64,000 bases of DNA from Octopus bimaculoides (GCF_001194135.2 NC_068981.1:18394767-18458766); one strand, 5' to 3'; shown: positions 38,407-53,433, counted from the first letter of the stretch. The notes: a model not told the origin generated them from the sequence alone. Numbers and translations: made by a program.

Positions 38407-40659
38407 TACATGTCATGAAAACCAGGTACCTAGACTTACGAGCCCTAGGGTTCAAGAAAAAAATAAAAGCAAAAATTGCTAACAGGAGTGGCTGTATGGT
38501 AAGTAGCTTGCTTACCAACCACATGGTTCCGGGTTCAGTCCCACTGCATGGCACCTTGGGCAAGTGTCTTCTACTATAGCCTCGGGCCGACCAAAGCCTT
38601 GTGAGTGGATTTGGTAGACGGAAACTGAAAGAAGCCTGTCGTATATATATGTATATATACATATATATANNNNNNNNNNNNNNNNNNNNNNNNNNNNNNN
38701 NNNNNNNNNNNNNNNNNNNNNNNNNNNNNNNNNNNNNNNNNNNNNNNNNNNNNNNNNNNNNNNNNNNNNNNNNNNNNNNNNNNNNNNNNNNNNNNNNNNN
38801 NNNNNNNNNNNNNNNNNNNNNNNNNNNNNNNNNNNNNNNNNNNNNNNNNNNNNNNNNNNNNNNNNNNNNNNNNNNNNNNNNNNNNNNNNNNNNNNNNNNN
38901 NNNNNNNNNNNNNNNNNNNNNNNNNNNNNNNNNNNNNNNNNNNNNTGTAACTTAGCGGTTCGGCAAAAGAGACCGATAGATTAAGTACTAGGCTTACAAA
39001 GAATAAGTCCTGGGGTCGATTTGCTCGACTAAAGGCGGTGCTCCAGCATGGCCACAGTCAAATGACTGAAACAAATAAAAGAGAAGGTACTGAGAAACCA
39101 TGACTGAAACTTTCCCTACAAAATCATGAATCTCCAGACATTAGTATGGAAGTCCATAATCACCAACACTTGTAAAAATTCTATATAAAGAGAGAGAGCG
39201 AGAGGTAGAGAGGAAAAGAGAGGGAAAGAAAGGGTGAGAGAAAGTGAGAGGAGAGAGATAGAGAGTGATCCGTAAGAAGCATTACTGTACAATTACACGT
39301 TCATTCTAATTACTGGATGGTAATTAACCACGTTATATTAGATAGAGTACTGAGTGCAATTTAAATTATTCAGCTGATATCCGTTATTTTTTTTTAGAAT
39401 CTGACTAAAAGACTTGTTGAATAATAGCTTACATCTGGTACATAATTCTGTATATCTTTCGATGAACATGCACACATGTGCATGCATGTACACACATATA
39501 CATGCACATTTGTTCACACAATTTTATACACATACACATGAAAGAGATATGGCAAATTGGTATTTCTGTGTATGTAAAGTCTCACAAGAAAAAAAGATAA
39601 GAAAAGATTAGCTAAAACTATGATAGAGTGAAACTATGCAAACTGAATAACAGGTAAGTTGAGGGAAAACTACATCCATTTGCCCATTCATCATCATCAT
39701 CGTTTAACGTCTGCTTTCCATGCTGGCATGGGTTGGACAATTTGACTGAGGATTGGCGAACTAGACAGCTGCACCAGGCTCCAATCTGATCTGGCAAAGT
39801 TTCTACAGCTGGATGCCCTTCCTAACATCAACCACTCCGAGAGTGTAGTGGGTGCTTTTACATGCCACCGGCATCGGTGCCATTTGTGTGACACCATTAT
39901 TTGCTATGACTGCGATTTTTCTCAGCTTCATAGGATCTCTTCTCAAGCATGACATATAATCATTGCCTCCATTAGGCCCAATGCTCACAAGGAGCTCAAT
40001 AAATATATATTATGGAAGTGAGACCGCTGCTCTGGCAGTGCTCCTGCTCAGATGGTGCAGTGGAGTGCTAACAGCACCATCCGAGCAGGATCACTGCCAG
40101 AGCAGTGGTCTTGCTTCCGTGCTGGTGGCACATAAAAAGCACCATTTGAGCATGATCGTTTCCATCTTTGCCTTACTGGCACCCATGCTGGTGGCATGTG
40201 AACAAAACATTGGACTGATTCCTGTGCCGGTGGCATGTAAAAAAACACCATTTGAGTGTGGCTGTTGCCAGTACCGTCGGACTGGCCCTTGTGCTGGTGG
40301 CATGTAAAAAGCACCCACTACACTCTCGGAGTGGTTGGCGTTAGGAAGGGAATCTAGCTGTAGAAACTCTGCCAGATCAGATTGGAGTCTGGTGTAGCCA
40401 TCTGGTTCATCAGTCCTCAATCAAATCGTCCAACCCATGCTAGTATGGAAAGCAGACGTTAAATGATAATGATGATGATGATGATGTGTATATGATGAGC
40501 TTCACTTAGTTTCAGTCTATGAAATGCACTCACAAGACTTTGGTTAACCTGGGGTAAAAGTAGAAGACATTTGGCCAAGTTACTGCACTATGGAACTGAA
40601 CCTGAACCCATGTGATTGAATAGCAAACTTTGTAACCACACAGCTATCCATACCCCCTG

Positions 40660-40761
<102 letters not shown>

Positions 40762-40822
40762 AATGTATCTATTAACAAAGTGTCCCAGTAAATCTAATCC
40801 TGTCATTGCTTCTTTTCTAAAG

Positions 40823-41039
40823 CCATAATGTTCTTAGTGAGTTTCTGAAGAAACAAGGTGCCGCAGTTCAAATTTTGGTATATGACTACGATAAACTGAA
40901 GCGTGATGATTTCGTAGGAGAAGCTGTGATCCCTTTATCATCAATCCCACAGTTGAATGGCAATGCTTTGGCCTTTGAGAGAACCCCCGGAATGATCTTG
41001 CCATTGAAGAGACCCTCTATGACAGAAGGACCATTAAAA
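40823..41039 (+). CDS. BAIAP3: BAIAP3/Munc13-4-family exon, C2B C-half (F HNVLSEFLKKQGAAVQILVYDYDKLKRDDFVGEAVIPL...EGPLK)
   Basis: Acceptor cttcttttctaaag and donor GTGAGT at 41040. 217 nt, phase 2/0. Contains the C2 motif V-Y-D-Y-D-x4-D-D-F-V-G-E-A. Confidence 0.92.
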
Positions 41040-41856
41040 GTGAGTAATTCTTTGTAAAAATTTGGTAAAGAATAAAAAGTTTTGAATGGTACAACAATGC
41101 ACTATAATACAAAAAAATGGATTGTATACCTGTTGTAACTTGGTTATCCATAGTCCGATGATATTTTGGAATACAATTCCTTCTTCAGATATTCTTAGAT
41201 GAAATTTAGTGTTGTTGTTGTTGTAGTGGTGCCATTTCTTCACATGAATACAATGGACAAAGTACAGAATCATAACAATGTCTGGTAAAAACGCTTAGCG
41301 GTTTTTCTTCTGTTTTTGCATTCTGAGTTCAAATTTTGTTGAGATTGACTTTATCTTTCATCAGGGGTGGACTGAGAGTATTATGGGCCCTCGGGCATAA
41401 CTGTTTACCAGCCCCTTAGGATTGATATCACTAGAGTTAACATGTAGAGTGTGGGCCTCTCAGAGCTCCGGGCCCTCAAGCAGTGCCTGATTGACTGATG
41501 GCTCAGTCTACCCCTGCCTTTCATCCTTTCGGGGTTGATAAAATGAGTCCCAGCTGAGCACTAGGATCACTCAAGTCAACTAGTCCTCTTCCTCCATTTC
41601 TCGTTAAGTGTTTTCCATACACCTAGGGCAGAGAAGCTTATTGTATGCTTTCACAGTCTACACACACATATTCACAGGTAAAATATGTATGTAAAAAAAA
41701 ATTAATAAATAAATAAATTCATGAATGAATGTTGTTTTCACAACGATAATGTTCTTCTCAGTATATGAGTCATTCTAGTTAACACGATTTTTTGCACTTC
41801 CTGTAGGGATGGTAGTAGGCCTGGTATCATTTTCAAATAGGTTTCAGTACCTTTTT

Positions 41857-41906
<50 letters not shown>

Positions 41907-42190
41907 CATCATTATTATCATCATCATTATCATTATTATTATTATTATAATCATCTTCATCATCATTATTATTATTAAAGCGGTGAGCTGGCAGAAATGT
42001 TAGCACGCTGGGCGACATGCTTAGCTGTATTCCGTCTGTCTTTATGCTCTGAGTTCAAATTCCACCGAGGTCGACTTTGCCTTTCATCCTTTTGGGGTCG
42101 ATAAATTAAGTACCGGTTGTGTACTGGTGTCAGTCTAATCGACTGGTCCCCTCCCCTAAAATTTCAGGCCTTGTGCCTAGAATAGAAAAG

Positions 42191-42237
<47 letters not shown>

Positions 42238-42996
42238 GGCGGTGAGCTGACAGAACTGTTAGCACAGTGGGGAAAATGCTAATCAACATTTCATCTGTCC
42301 TTATGTTCTGAGTTCAAATGCCGCCAAGGGTGACTCTACCTTTTATCCTTTTGGGATGAGTACTGGAAGTGGGGGGGGGGGCCTTGTAATTGACTTACCC
42401 TGCCTCCAGACTTGTTGGCCTTGTGCCAACATTTGAAATTTCTATCATTATTCAAAGGGAATTTTTTTTTTCTGAAATACTTCTGTGTTGAGGTATCATC
42501 TAAGTATTGTGTATTTGACATGTAATGTAAAAATATTTACCATATACAGTATGTGGGTGTTTCAGACAGTGTTTAAAAGATTATGTTATGCAGAACTTTA
42601 TAAGAAGTATAGATTCAAATATGTATATCTTAAATTCTAAAAGGTTACAGTTACTTGTAGTTTTCACTCTGATTTCTCATATATACACAGACAAAAATGG
42701 TCATTGTATTCAAGGAATAGTAATAAATTTTGCTTGTGCCACATAAAAAGCACCCCTGATGGTGTCACACAATAAGCAGCCATACTGGTGCCTCATAAAA
42801 GCATGCAGTACATTTTGTAAAGTGGTTGGTGTTAGGAAGAGCGTCCAGCTGTAGACACCTTGCCAAAACAGACAGTTGGAATTTAGTGCAGCTCTCCAGC
42901 TTGCAAGTAGCTGTCAATCTATCCTACTCATACCAGCTTGGAAAATGGACATTAAATGATGATGATGATGAAGATATAAATCCAATACCCTCCTCA

Positions 42997-43051
<55 letters not shown>

Positions 43052-43715
43052 ATATATGTATATTGGATACCGGCTCCCTCCTCAGTGGAAGATTTATAAT
43101 TAAAAATAAAAGTGACATATATGTATCATCATCATTATCATCATTGTTTAATGTCCGCTTTCCATGCTGGCATGGGTTGGACGATTTGACTGGGGACTGG
43201 TGAAGCAGATGGCTACACCAGACTCCAACCTGATCTGGCAGAGTTTCTACAGCTGGATGCCCCTCCTAACGCCAACCACTCCGAGAGTGTAGTGGGTGCT
43301 TTTACGTGCCACCCGCACGAGGGCCAGTCTGGTGGTACTGGCAACAGCCATGCTCAAATGGTGTTTTTTATGTGCCACCTGCACAGGTGTCAGTTCAGCG
43401 GCACTGGCAATGACCTCGCTCGAATGTCTTTTCACGTGCCACCGGCACAAGTACCTGGAAGGCGACACTAGTAATGATCATGCTCAAATTGTGCTATTTA
43501 CGTGCCACCGGCACGGAAGCCAGACAACTGTTCTGGCATTGATCACGCTCAAACGGTGCTCTTAGCGCTCCACTCGTACAGGTACCATCACGATTTCGCT
43601 TTCACTTGCCCCAACAGGTCTTTGCAAGCGGAGTTTAGTGTCCAATGAAGGAAAGGTAAGCATAAGTGGGCTGGCAACACCTTTGGCAGAGGCCTTGGAT
43701 TATGGTCTCATTTGG

Positions 43716-43788
<73 letters not shown>

Positions 43789-45607
43789 ACAGTTAAAAAG
43801 CTAAGCTTCCATGTGTGCTGAATAATCAATGTTTAAATAAAACATCAACAATTTGCATTGATACAAAATAAATTGTAAGGGTGAGCGAGATGACTATTGT
43901 TTGTTTTAAAATAACAGTGGTTAATACTGAACTAGTTTCATGTTTAATAGATAAATTAAGCAAATCAATCTTTAAAAAAAATTAATTTAATTTAGATTTG
44001 TTATATTACAATCATCGGTAGTATACTTCCATGTTTTGGGAAAACAAACAAAAACATGTTTAACTTTAAAATATATTTGCCGTCATTCATCCACATTAAT
44101 TTGTAATTCAAGGTACACAAGGAAAATTGGTGATGGTTTATTTAAACATTGATCATTCAACACGCATGGAAGCTTAGTTTTTTTAACTGTTCTCCTCTCT
44201 CTGTCTATATACATACTTATATATACACCCATACATATATCTATGTGTGTGTTTGTGTGTGTATGTACTCTTTTACTTGTTTCAGTCATTTGACTGTGGC
44301 CGTGCTGGAGCACCGCCTTTAGTCGAGCAAATCGAGCCCAGGACTTATTCTTTGTAAGCCTAGTTCTTATTGTGTCGGTCTCTTTTGCTAAACCGCTAAG
44401 TTATGGGGACGTAAACACACCAGCATCAGTTGTCAAGCGATGTTGGGGGGACAAACACAGACATGCAAACATCTACACACACATACATATATATATACAT
44501 ATATACGACAGACTTCTTTCAGTTTCCGTCTACCAAATCCACTCACAAAGCTTTGGTCGGCCCGAGGCTATAGTAGAAGACACTTGCCCAAGGTGCCACG
44601 CTGTGGAACTGAACCCGGAACCATGTGGTTCGTAAGAAAGCTACTTACCACACAGCCACTCCTACGCCAATGTATATATCTTTGTGTTTGTGTGTCCCTC
44701 AAAACCACTTGACGATTGGTATTGGTTTGTTTACATCCCTATATGTTTGCAGTTCAGCAAAAGAGACCGATAGGATAAGTATCAGACTTTAAAAGTGTAA
44801 TTTCCGGGGCTGATTTGCTCAACTGGACCCTTGAAGGTAGTGCTCCAGCATGGCTGCAGTCTCATGACTGAAAGATAAAAACAGACAGGCAGATACACAC
44901 ACACACACACAAACACACCACATATATGCTTATATATATACATCTTTTTCTTTTTCTTTTTTTCTACTTGTTTTAGTCATTAAACTGTGACCATGCTGGG
45001 GCACTGCCTTGAAGAATTTTAGCATGGAATGTTGCCCAATGATTCAAAGGTACTTTTTTAAGTGGGCTGGTTATGTGACACTAGTGTAGGCTACAGCTGC
45101 AATCTCACTTTACTTTCCGGGTCTTCTCAATCACAGCATATCTCCAGAGATCTCAGTCTTTTTCGTCATTGCCTCATATATATATATATCATCATCATCA
45201 TCATCATCATCGTTTAACGTCCGTTTTCCATGCTAGCATGGGTTGGACGATTTGACTGAGGACTGGTGAAACCGGATGGCAACGCCAGGCTCCAATCTAA
45301 TTTGGCAGAGTTTCTACAGCTGGATGCCCTTCCTAACGCCAACCACTCAGAGAGTGTAGTGGGTGCTTTTACGTGTCACCCGCACGAAAACGGCCACGCT
45401 CGAAATGGTGTCTTTTATGTGCCACCTGCACAAGACAGTCCAGGGGCACTGGCAACGATCTCGCTCGAAAATCCTACGGGAGCCAGTCAGGCGGTACTGG
45501 CAACGGCCACGCTCAAAATGGTGCATCTCATGTGCCACCCGCACAAGAGCCAGTCCAGGGGCACTGGCAACGATCTTACTTGGCTTGCCGGGTCTTCTCA
45601 CGCACAG

Positions 45608-45692
<85 letters not shown>

Positions 45693-45774
45693 GATATTAA
45701 ATAATATATTATATATATATATTTATATGCATGTATATATGTCTATATATATAGTATTTATTATTTACTATTTC

Positions 45775-47614
45775 ATCATCATTATCATCATCGATTAATG
45801 TCGGTTTTCCATGCTGGCATGGGTTTGATGATTTGACTGAAGTCTGGAGAGCTAGATGCTGCACCAGGCTCCAATCTGGTCTAGCAGACTTTCTACAGCT
45901 GGATGCCCTTCCTAACACCAACCACTCCAAGAGTGTTGTGGATGTTTTTTACATGCCACTGGCACTGGGGCCAGTAAGGTGGGCCTGGTAATGATCATGT
46001 TTGGATGGTGCTTTTTATGTGCCACTGGCACAGGGGCCAGTCAGATGGACTTGGCATTGACCACGTTTGGATGGTGCTTTTTACGTGACCTCGGCATGGG
46101 AGCCAGTCAGGGGGCACCGGCCCCAGCTATGATATTGGTTTTACTTGACTCAACAGGCCTTTTCTAGCATATAATATTGCCCGACGCATCAGGAGTATTC
46201 TTAACAGGGCTTCACGTGCATGGCTGCGATCTCACTTTAGTTGCTGGGCCTTCTCAATCACATCATATCTCCATAGGTCCTGGTCTCCAGTCATTGCCTC
46301 TTTGAAACCCAATGTTCAAAGGTCATGCTTCAACACCTCATCCAATGTCTTCCTGAGTCTACTTCTTCCACAGGTTCCTTCTACAGTTAGGAAGTTGCAC
46401 TTCCTCACACAGCTGTCTTCATTCATATGTAACACATGGTCATACCAGCACAGTCGCCTCTCTTGCACACCACATTTGATGCTTCTTATGCCCAACTTTT
46501 CTCTCAGGCTGCTTACACTGTCGTGTATGCACACTGACATTACACATCCAGTGGAGCATACTAGCATCATTTCTTTCAAGCCTACGCATGTCCTCAGCAG
46601 TCATGGACCATGTTTCACTGCTGTGTAGCATGGCAGTTCACACACATGCATCATACAGTCTACCTTTCACCCTGAGTGAGAGACCCTTAGTTGCCAGCAG
46701 AGGTAGGTGCTCCCTGAACTCTGCCCAGGCTATTTTTACTTTAGTTGCTCCAGACTTGGTCTCCTAGGTAGCAGAAGCTATTAACTACTTCTAGTTTCTT
46801 CCCCTGGCATGTGATGGAATCTGTTTTCTGTACATCTTTAGTGCATCTGCCACAGACAAAAACCTTTCCTGGTTAACCTTTCTTTGATATTGCTGCACCT
46901 TTTATGTGTCCATAGCTTACACCAACCATATATATTGTGTTGAGTTTCTACCCACGCCTTTTCTACAGATCGAGCAGGGCCATCTACTTGAAGTAGGTTG
47001 TGATTTGACAGCCTTCCTATTTACTAAGACTTTGGTTTTGGCTAGGTTAACTCTAAGGCCCGTCAATTCTAAACCTTGCTTCCACACCCTAAACATTGTC
47101 TCCAGTTCTGGCAGTTATTCGGCTATTAGAGTAATGTCATCAGCATAGAAGAGTTCCCAGGGGCAGCCTGTCTTGAATTCCTCTGTTATTGCCTGGAGGA
47201 TTACAATGAATGAGAGGGGTTTGAGGACTGATCCTTGGTGAACCCCTACTTCTACTTGGAATTCTTCACTATACTCGTTGCCAACCCTCACCTTACTGAC
47301 AGCATCCCTGTACAGGCCATGTACAGCTCTTACTCGTCTATCCCCAGTTTCCACATTTACCACCAGATATCGGATCAGTGGACCCTGTCAAAGGCTTTCT
47401 CCAAGTCAACAAAAGCCAAGTACAAAGGTTCATCTTTGGCTGGGTATTTCCCCTGCAGTTGCCTGACCAGAAATATAACATCAGTGGTGCTTCTGCCTGG
47501 CACAAAAGCGAACTGCATCTTATCTAGGCTAACTCTCTCCATAATTAGTTGGGCTATGACCCTCTCTGTAACTTTCATCACCTGATCCAATAATTTGGTG
47601 TCCCTGAAGTTATT
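45775..47614 (-). mobile_element. 5'-truncated RTE-clade LINE with pseudogenised RT, C-terminus, 3' UTR and (GAT)n tail
   Basis: LLDQVMKV...QFAFVPGRSTTD...LYLAFVDLEKAFDRV; GVHQGSVLKPLSF...CPWELFYADD; MLHSSETW; RGRxRxTLDEV. Split over several frames by stops and frameshifts. Confidence 0.93.
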
Positions 47615-48580
47615 TATTTATTTCATATATATACATATACATGTGTAAGTGTAATGCATAAATATTTAATATATAAGTAGGTGTTTCAGACATTGATTAA
47701 AAGATTATGTTATGCAGAACTTAATAAGAAATGTAAACTCAAATATGCATATCTTATATTCTGAAAGGTGACAGTTATTTATAGGTTTCACTTTGCTGTC
47801 TCATTTATATACAGACAAAACAGTTATTATATTTTATGAAGTTGTTTTTGNNNNNNNNNNNNNNNNNNNNNNNNNNNNNNNNNNNNNNTATATATATATA
47901 TATATATCTATACACACATATATATACATATACATGTGTAAGTGTAATGCATAAATATTTAATATATAAGTAGGTGTTTCAGACATTGATTAAAAGATTA
48001 TGTTATGCAGAACTTAATAAGAAATGTAAACTCAAATATGCATATCTTATATTCTGAAAGGTGACAGTTATTTATAGGTTTCACTTTGCTGTCTCATTTA
48101 TATACAGACAAAACAGTTATTATATTTTATGAAGTTGTTTTTGAGTTGGCTTTGTGATTCTTGTTGTTGGTTTCAAATTAATTTTTAGAAACCTACAATG
48201 TTTGGTTATTCATTTTGGCACTTGGACACATTGGGTTAATTGAATATTTCAATATTTTCTGAAAGTCAAAGTGGTGAGCTGGCAGAAACGTTGGCTCATT
48301 AGGCAAGATGCTTAGCAGCATTTCATCTGTCTTTACGTTCTGTGTTCGAATTTCAGCTTTGTCTTTCATCCTTTCAGAGCTGATAAAAAAAAAAAGTACC
48401 AGGCGTAGGAGTAGCTGTGTGGTAAGTAGCTTGCTAACCAGCCGCATGGCTCTGGGTTCAGTCCCACTGTGTGGCACCTTGGGCATGTGTCTTCTACTAT
48501 AGCTTCGGGCCAACCAAAGCCTTGTGAGTGGATTTGGTAGATGGAAACTGAAAGAAGCTTGTCGTATATATGCATATATG

Positions 48581-48619
<39 letters not shown>

Positions 48620-50227
48620 ATGTATGTTTGTGTGTCCATGTTTGTCCCCCCAACATCGCTTGACAACCGATGCTGGTGTGTTTACATCCCCGTAACTTAG
48701 CTATTTGACAAAAGAGAGTGATAGAATAAGTACTAGGCTTACAAAGAATAAGTCCTGGGGTTGATTTGCTCGACTAAAGGTGATGCTCCAGCATGGTCAC
48801 GGTCAAATGACTGAAACAAGTAAAAGAGTAAAAGAATTGAATACTGCAGTTGATGGAATCAACTTACTCAATCACCTTAAATTGCTGGTCTTGGAACCAT
48901 TATTCTTTTCACAAGGCTCAAAATTTTTGGAGAGGGGGCCAATCAATTAGGTCGACTCCAGTACACAACTGGTACTTAATTTATCGACCCCAAAGGATGA
49001 AAGGCGAAGTCAACCTTGGCGGAATTTGAAGACAGACAAAATATCGCTAAGCATTTCGCCCGGCTTGCTAACGTTTCTTATTTCTTTATTGCCCACAAGG
49101 GGCTAAACATAGATGGGATGCCCTTCCTAACGCCAACCACTCCGAGAGTGTAGTGGGTGCTTTTACGTGCCACCGGCACGAGGGCCAGTCGCACGGTACT
49201 GGCAACGGCCACGCTCAAAAAGGTGTTTTTTACTTGCAAAAAAAAAAAAATGATGATATATATTATATTAATACATATATATACATGCATACATTAAATG
49301 ATTTCAAAATATTTAGTTTGACTTCATTATTACAATCACACACACACACACACACACACACAACAGGCTTCCATACAGTTTCCATCACCCAAGTTCTTTC
49401 ACATGGTATTGGTCTTCTACTACTTGGGCTATAGTAGAAGATACTTGCCCAAGGTGCTGTGCAGTGGGATTGAACCTGAAACCATATAATTACAAAGTGA
49501 GCTTCTTATTCACAGCCTTGCCTGTATCTGATAGTCACTTTTCTTTAACTCAAGCTGAATTCTAATCAAACAGATTTATGATCATAAGAATTCCAACCAT
49601 AACCACCCTTCTAGATGATTGAGTACGATATGAGGTATACTTGGCTGCTAGTTATAACAGATTGAGGGGGTACATAGGAGCTCTGTCTTTGACGTGATGT
49701 GTATAGTAAATGGGTTGTATTCGTTCTTGTGGTTGTTGAGCAATTTTAATCCCTTACCAAATAGATCGCCAACAAATTGACTTGAAGAAAGTGTCAACTT
49801 CGCTAGAAATGTCCAGAAACGTTTTCACAGTTAAGAGATGATTCATAACCCTTAGAGACTAATTAAGTTAATCTATTGGCCGGCCATGTTTGTCCTCACA
49901 AGATGAACAGGTTTATTTATCAACCCTATGAGAGAACACTCGTGGATGACTAACTAATGAAAGTATCAACCACTCAAATACACATACACACACACACACA
50001 CACATCATATATAGATGTTCAGGCATGACTGTGTGATAAAAACTTAGCTTCCCGACCAGATGGTTCTGGGTTCAGTCTCACTGTGTGATACCTTGGGCAA
50101 GTGTCTTCTACTACAGCCCCTGGCCATGTATATATATATATATATATATATACATATATATATGACTCTGTGTTAAGAACTTATCTTCTCAATCAGATGG
50201 TTCTGGGTTCAATCCCACTTTGTGGTT

Positions 50228-50261
<34 letters not shown>

Positions 50262-52244
50262 TACAATATATAATTTTAGGGAAAATAACCAAGTTTCAAG
50301 AACTCATCGATGAATTTTGGATTTTGTCCCTAATATTATTATATATATATATATATATATACATATATATGTATATATATATGTGGCTGTGTGGTAAGAC
50401 AGTAGCTTCCATACCACATGGTTCTGGGTTCAGTCCCACTGCGTGGCACCTTGGGCAAGTCTTTTCTACTGTAGCTTTGGGCTGACCAAAACGTTGTGAG
50501 TGGATTTGGTAGATGGAAACTGAAACAAGCCTGATGTGTGTGTGTGTGTGTGTGTATATATGTACATATATATGTATGTATACATCTATATGTGTCTTTG
50601 TATCTCTGTTTGTCCCCCCATCACCACTTGACAATTGGTGTTGGTGTGTTTATGTCCCTGTAACTTAGCAGTTCTGCAAAAGACACCAATAGAATAAGTA
50701 CTAGGCTTTAAAAAATTAAGTCCTGGGGTCAATTTGTTTGATTAAAATCCTTAAAAGCAGTGCCCCAGTATGGCTTCTGTCAGATGACTGAAATAAGTAA
50801 GAAAATAAAAGAATACACACACACACACACATGTAAACATATATTTTCTTTTATTCTTTTACTTGTTTCAGTCATTTGACTGGGGCCATGCTGGAGCACT
50901 GCCTTTTAGTTGAAGACATCGACCCCTGGACTTATTCCTTGTAACCCTGGTACTTATTCTATCAGTCTCTTCTGCCAAACTGCTAAATTTCGGGGACGCA
51001 AATACACCAACATTGATTGTCAAGTGACGGTGGTGGGGACAAACACACAGACACAGACACACAGACACGCATACACACACACACATAAACATATACATAT
51101 ATATATGACAAGCTTCTTACAGTTTCTTATTTTTTTGTAATTTCTTTATTGCCCATGAGGGGCTAAACATAGAGGGAACAAACAAGGACAGACAAAGGGA
51201 TTAAGTCGATTACATTGGCTCCAGTGCGTAACTGGTACTTAATTTATCGACCCCGAAAGGATGAAAGGCAAAGTCGACCTCGGCGGAATTTGAACTCAGA
51301 ACGTAACAGCAGATGAAATACTGCTAAGCATTTCGCTCGGCGTGCTAATGTTTCTGCCAGCTCATCGCCTTACAAGCTTCTTACAGTTTCTGTCTACCAA
51401 ATCCTCTCACAAGTCTTTGGTCAACCTGAGATTATAGTAGATGACACTTGTCTAAAGTACCATGCAGTGGTACTGAAACTGGAACCACGTAGTTATGAAG
51501 CAAGCTTCTTACCACACAGCCACGCCTGCACCTATATATATATGTACATGTATGTATGTATGCATGTATATGTATATCTTTCCCCAGTATGTATTGGTGA
51601 TAGATGTAAACATTGGTGAGAAAACCGATGAACTGGTGCTTTCAAACAAAAATACACTGTCTGGTATTTGTTCTGCCTGAGTTGCACAGACAATCCATTG
51701 TCACTTTGTTCTGTTTTAAATGCAGTGAACCATTGATTTGCCCATTGGAAACCTGTAATCAATAATCTTATTTAGTATTGATAAAATGTTATATAAAATT
51801 TCAAAAAATATTTAAGAGGATATATATTTTTCTATATCTATTGATGTTTTTAGTTTTTAAATATTTTGCAAAATTTAAACTCTTAAAAATTTTATTTGTT
51901 TTATATCATGTAAAAATATCTCCATGTTCTTTCATGTAGAAACAGAAGTAGGTTTATGTCTCCAAAGGGTTAAAATGTTCTTTATTTTGTTTATCATCCC
52001 AAAGGTGAGTGGTATTGAGTGTATTTGAAGCTTGCTTCCAGTTCTGAGTCAGTTCTGTTTTGCTCCTAGATGCAAGGATGGCTGTGTGATTAAGAAGCTT
52101 GATTTGCAACCACATAGTTCCAGGTTCAGTCCTACTGCGTGGCACCTTGGGCAAGTGTCTTCTACTATTGCCCGGGGCAAACCAGTGCCTTGAAAAGAAT
52201 ATTGTAGATGGAAACTATATAGAAGCTTGTCACATATGTGTGCA

Positions 52245-52282
<38 letters not shown>

Positions 52283-52884
52283 TACATGTGTGTTATTTCT
52301 TTACGACCCACAATGGGCTACAACACACAGAGGGGACAAACAAGGACAGACAAACGGATTAAGTTGATTATATCGACCCAGTGCATAACTGGTACTTATT
52401 TAATCGACCCCGTAAGGATGAAAGACAAAGTCGACCTTGGCGGAATTTGAACTCAGAACGCAGAGGCAGACGAATTACCTCTAAGCATTTCGCCCGGCGT
52501 GCTAACGTTTCTGCCAGCTTGCCACCTTATGTGTGCGTGCATGCGTGCGTGTATGTGTGTGTGTGTGTGCGCGTGCGTGTGTGTGTGTGTGTGTGTTTGT
52601 TTGTTGCCCACCCACTGCTCGAAAACTGATATAGGTTTACATTCCCTTAGCTTAGCAGTTTGGCAAAAGAAACTGATAGAATACGAACCAAATTTTAGAA
52701 AGTGGCACATAAGTACCGGTGGTTAATTTGTTCAACTTAAACCCTCCAAAGTGTTGCCCCAACATGGCCACAGTCCAACGACTGAAACAAGTAACAGACA
52801 GGTAAAGAAGAGAAGGTTACTAGTTTGCTTTTATCCTCCATGCACCTCCAGATAACACAAGACTTTTCCTTTATCTTCCACCAG

Positions 52885-53022
52885 GTACTTCAGGAACGAT
52901 CTCAGAAAGATTCAGAAGCCAAGGAGTTTTTAAATGAAAGACAAAATCTGTTTAATAATCAGCGGAAACGAACAGATGGAAACAAAAATTATAATGCTCT
53001 CAAATTTTTGCTGGAATATTAA
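52885..53022 (+). CDS. BAIAP3: BAIAP3/Munc13-4-family terminal coding exon (VLQERSQKDSEAKEFLNER...FLLEY*)
   Basis: Acceptor ttatcttccaccag, phase 0, TAA at 53020-53022. 'LQERSQKDSEAKEF' matches the post-C2B 'LEGRKGDREAQVF' (UNC13D) and 'LEGRTSKEAQEF' (BAIAP3) motif. Confidence 0.9.
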   Translation, partial: VLQERSQKDSEAKEFLNERQNLFNNQRKRTDGNKNYNALKFLLEY

Positions 53023-53090
53023 AGTCAATGTTATTTTGAACAAATATGGCTTCAGTTTCAAATCATATTCATACTTGAGATTGAAAAGAA

Positions 53091-53162
53091 AATAAATTAT
53101 TTTGTACTTTTCTAAAGCTGTCTGGGTTTATTTTTTCTTAAAATGTTCAAAATTTAAATAAA
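53091..53162 (+). promoter_or_regulatory. Candidate polyadenylation signals (AATAAA at 53091 and 53157)
   Basis: Two AATAAA hexamers about 70 and 135 nt after the stop. The background is AT-rich, so a chance match is likely. Confidence 0.3.
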
Positions 53163-53388
53163 ATAGTGATAGGTTTATTATATACACATTGTATACATAT
53201 ATATATTATATATGTATATATAAATATATATGCATGTATATGTGTGTATGTGTGAGAGTGTGTATGTGTATGAGTGTGTGTATGTATGTGTGTGCACATA
53301 TATATATATGTATGTATGCACATATATATGTATGTGTGTGCACATATATTTATGTATGTGTGTATAAGTATACATACATACATACATG

Positions 53389-53433
<45 letters not shown>

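Noticed and set aside
47628-48143. Identical tandem duplication of about 225 bp
   Set aside because: The copies are identical and separated by an N gap (47851-47888), so this is most likely a scaffolding artefact.
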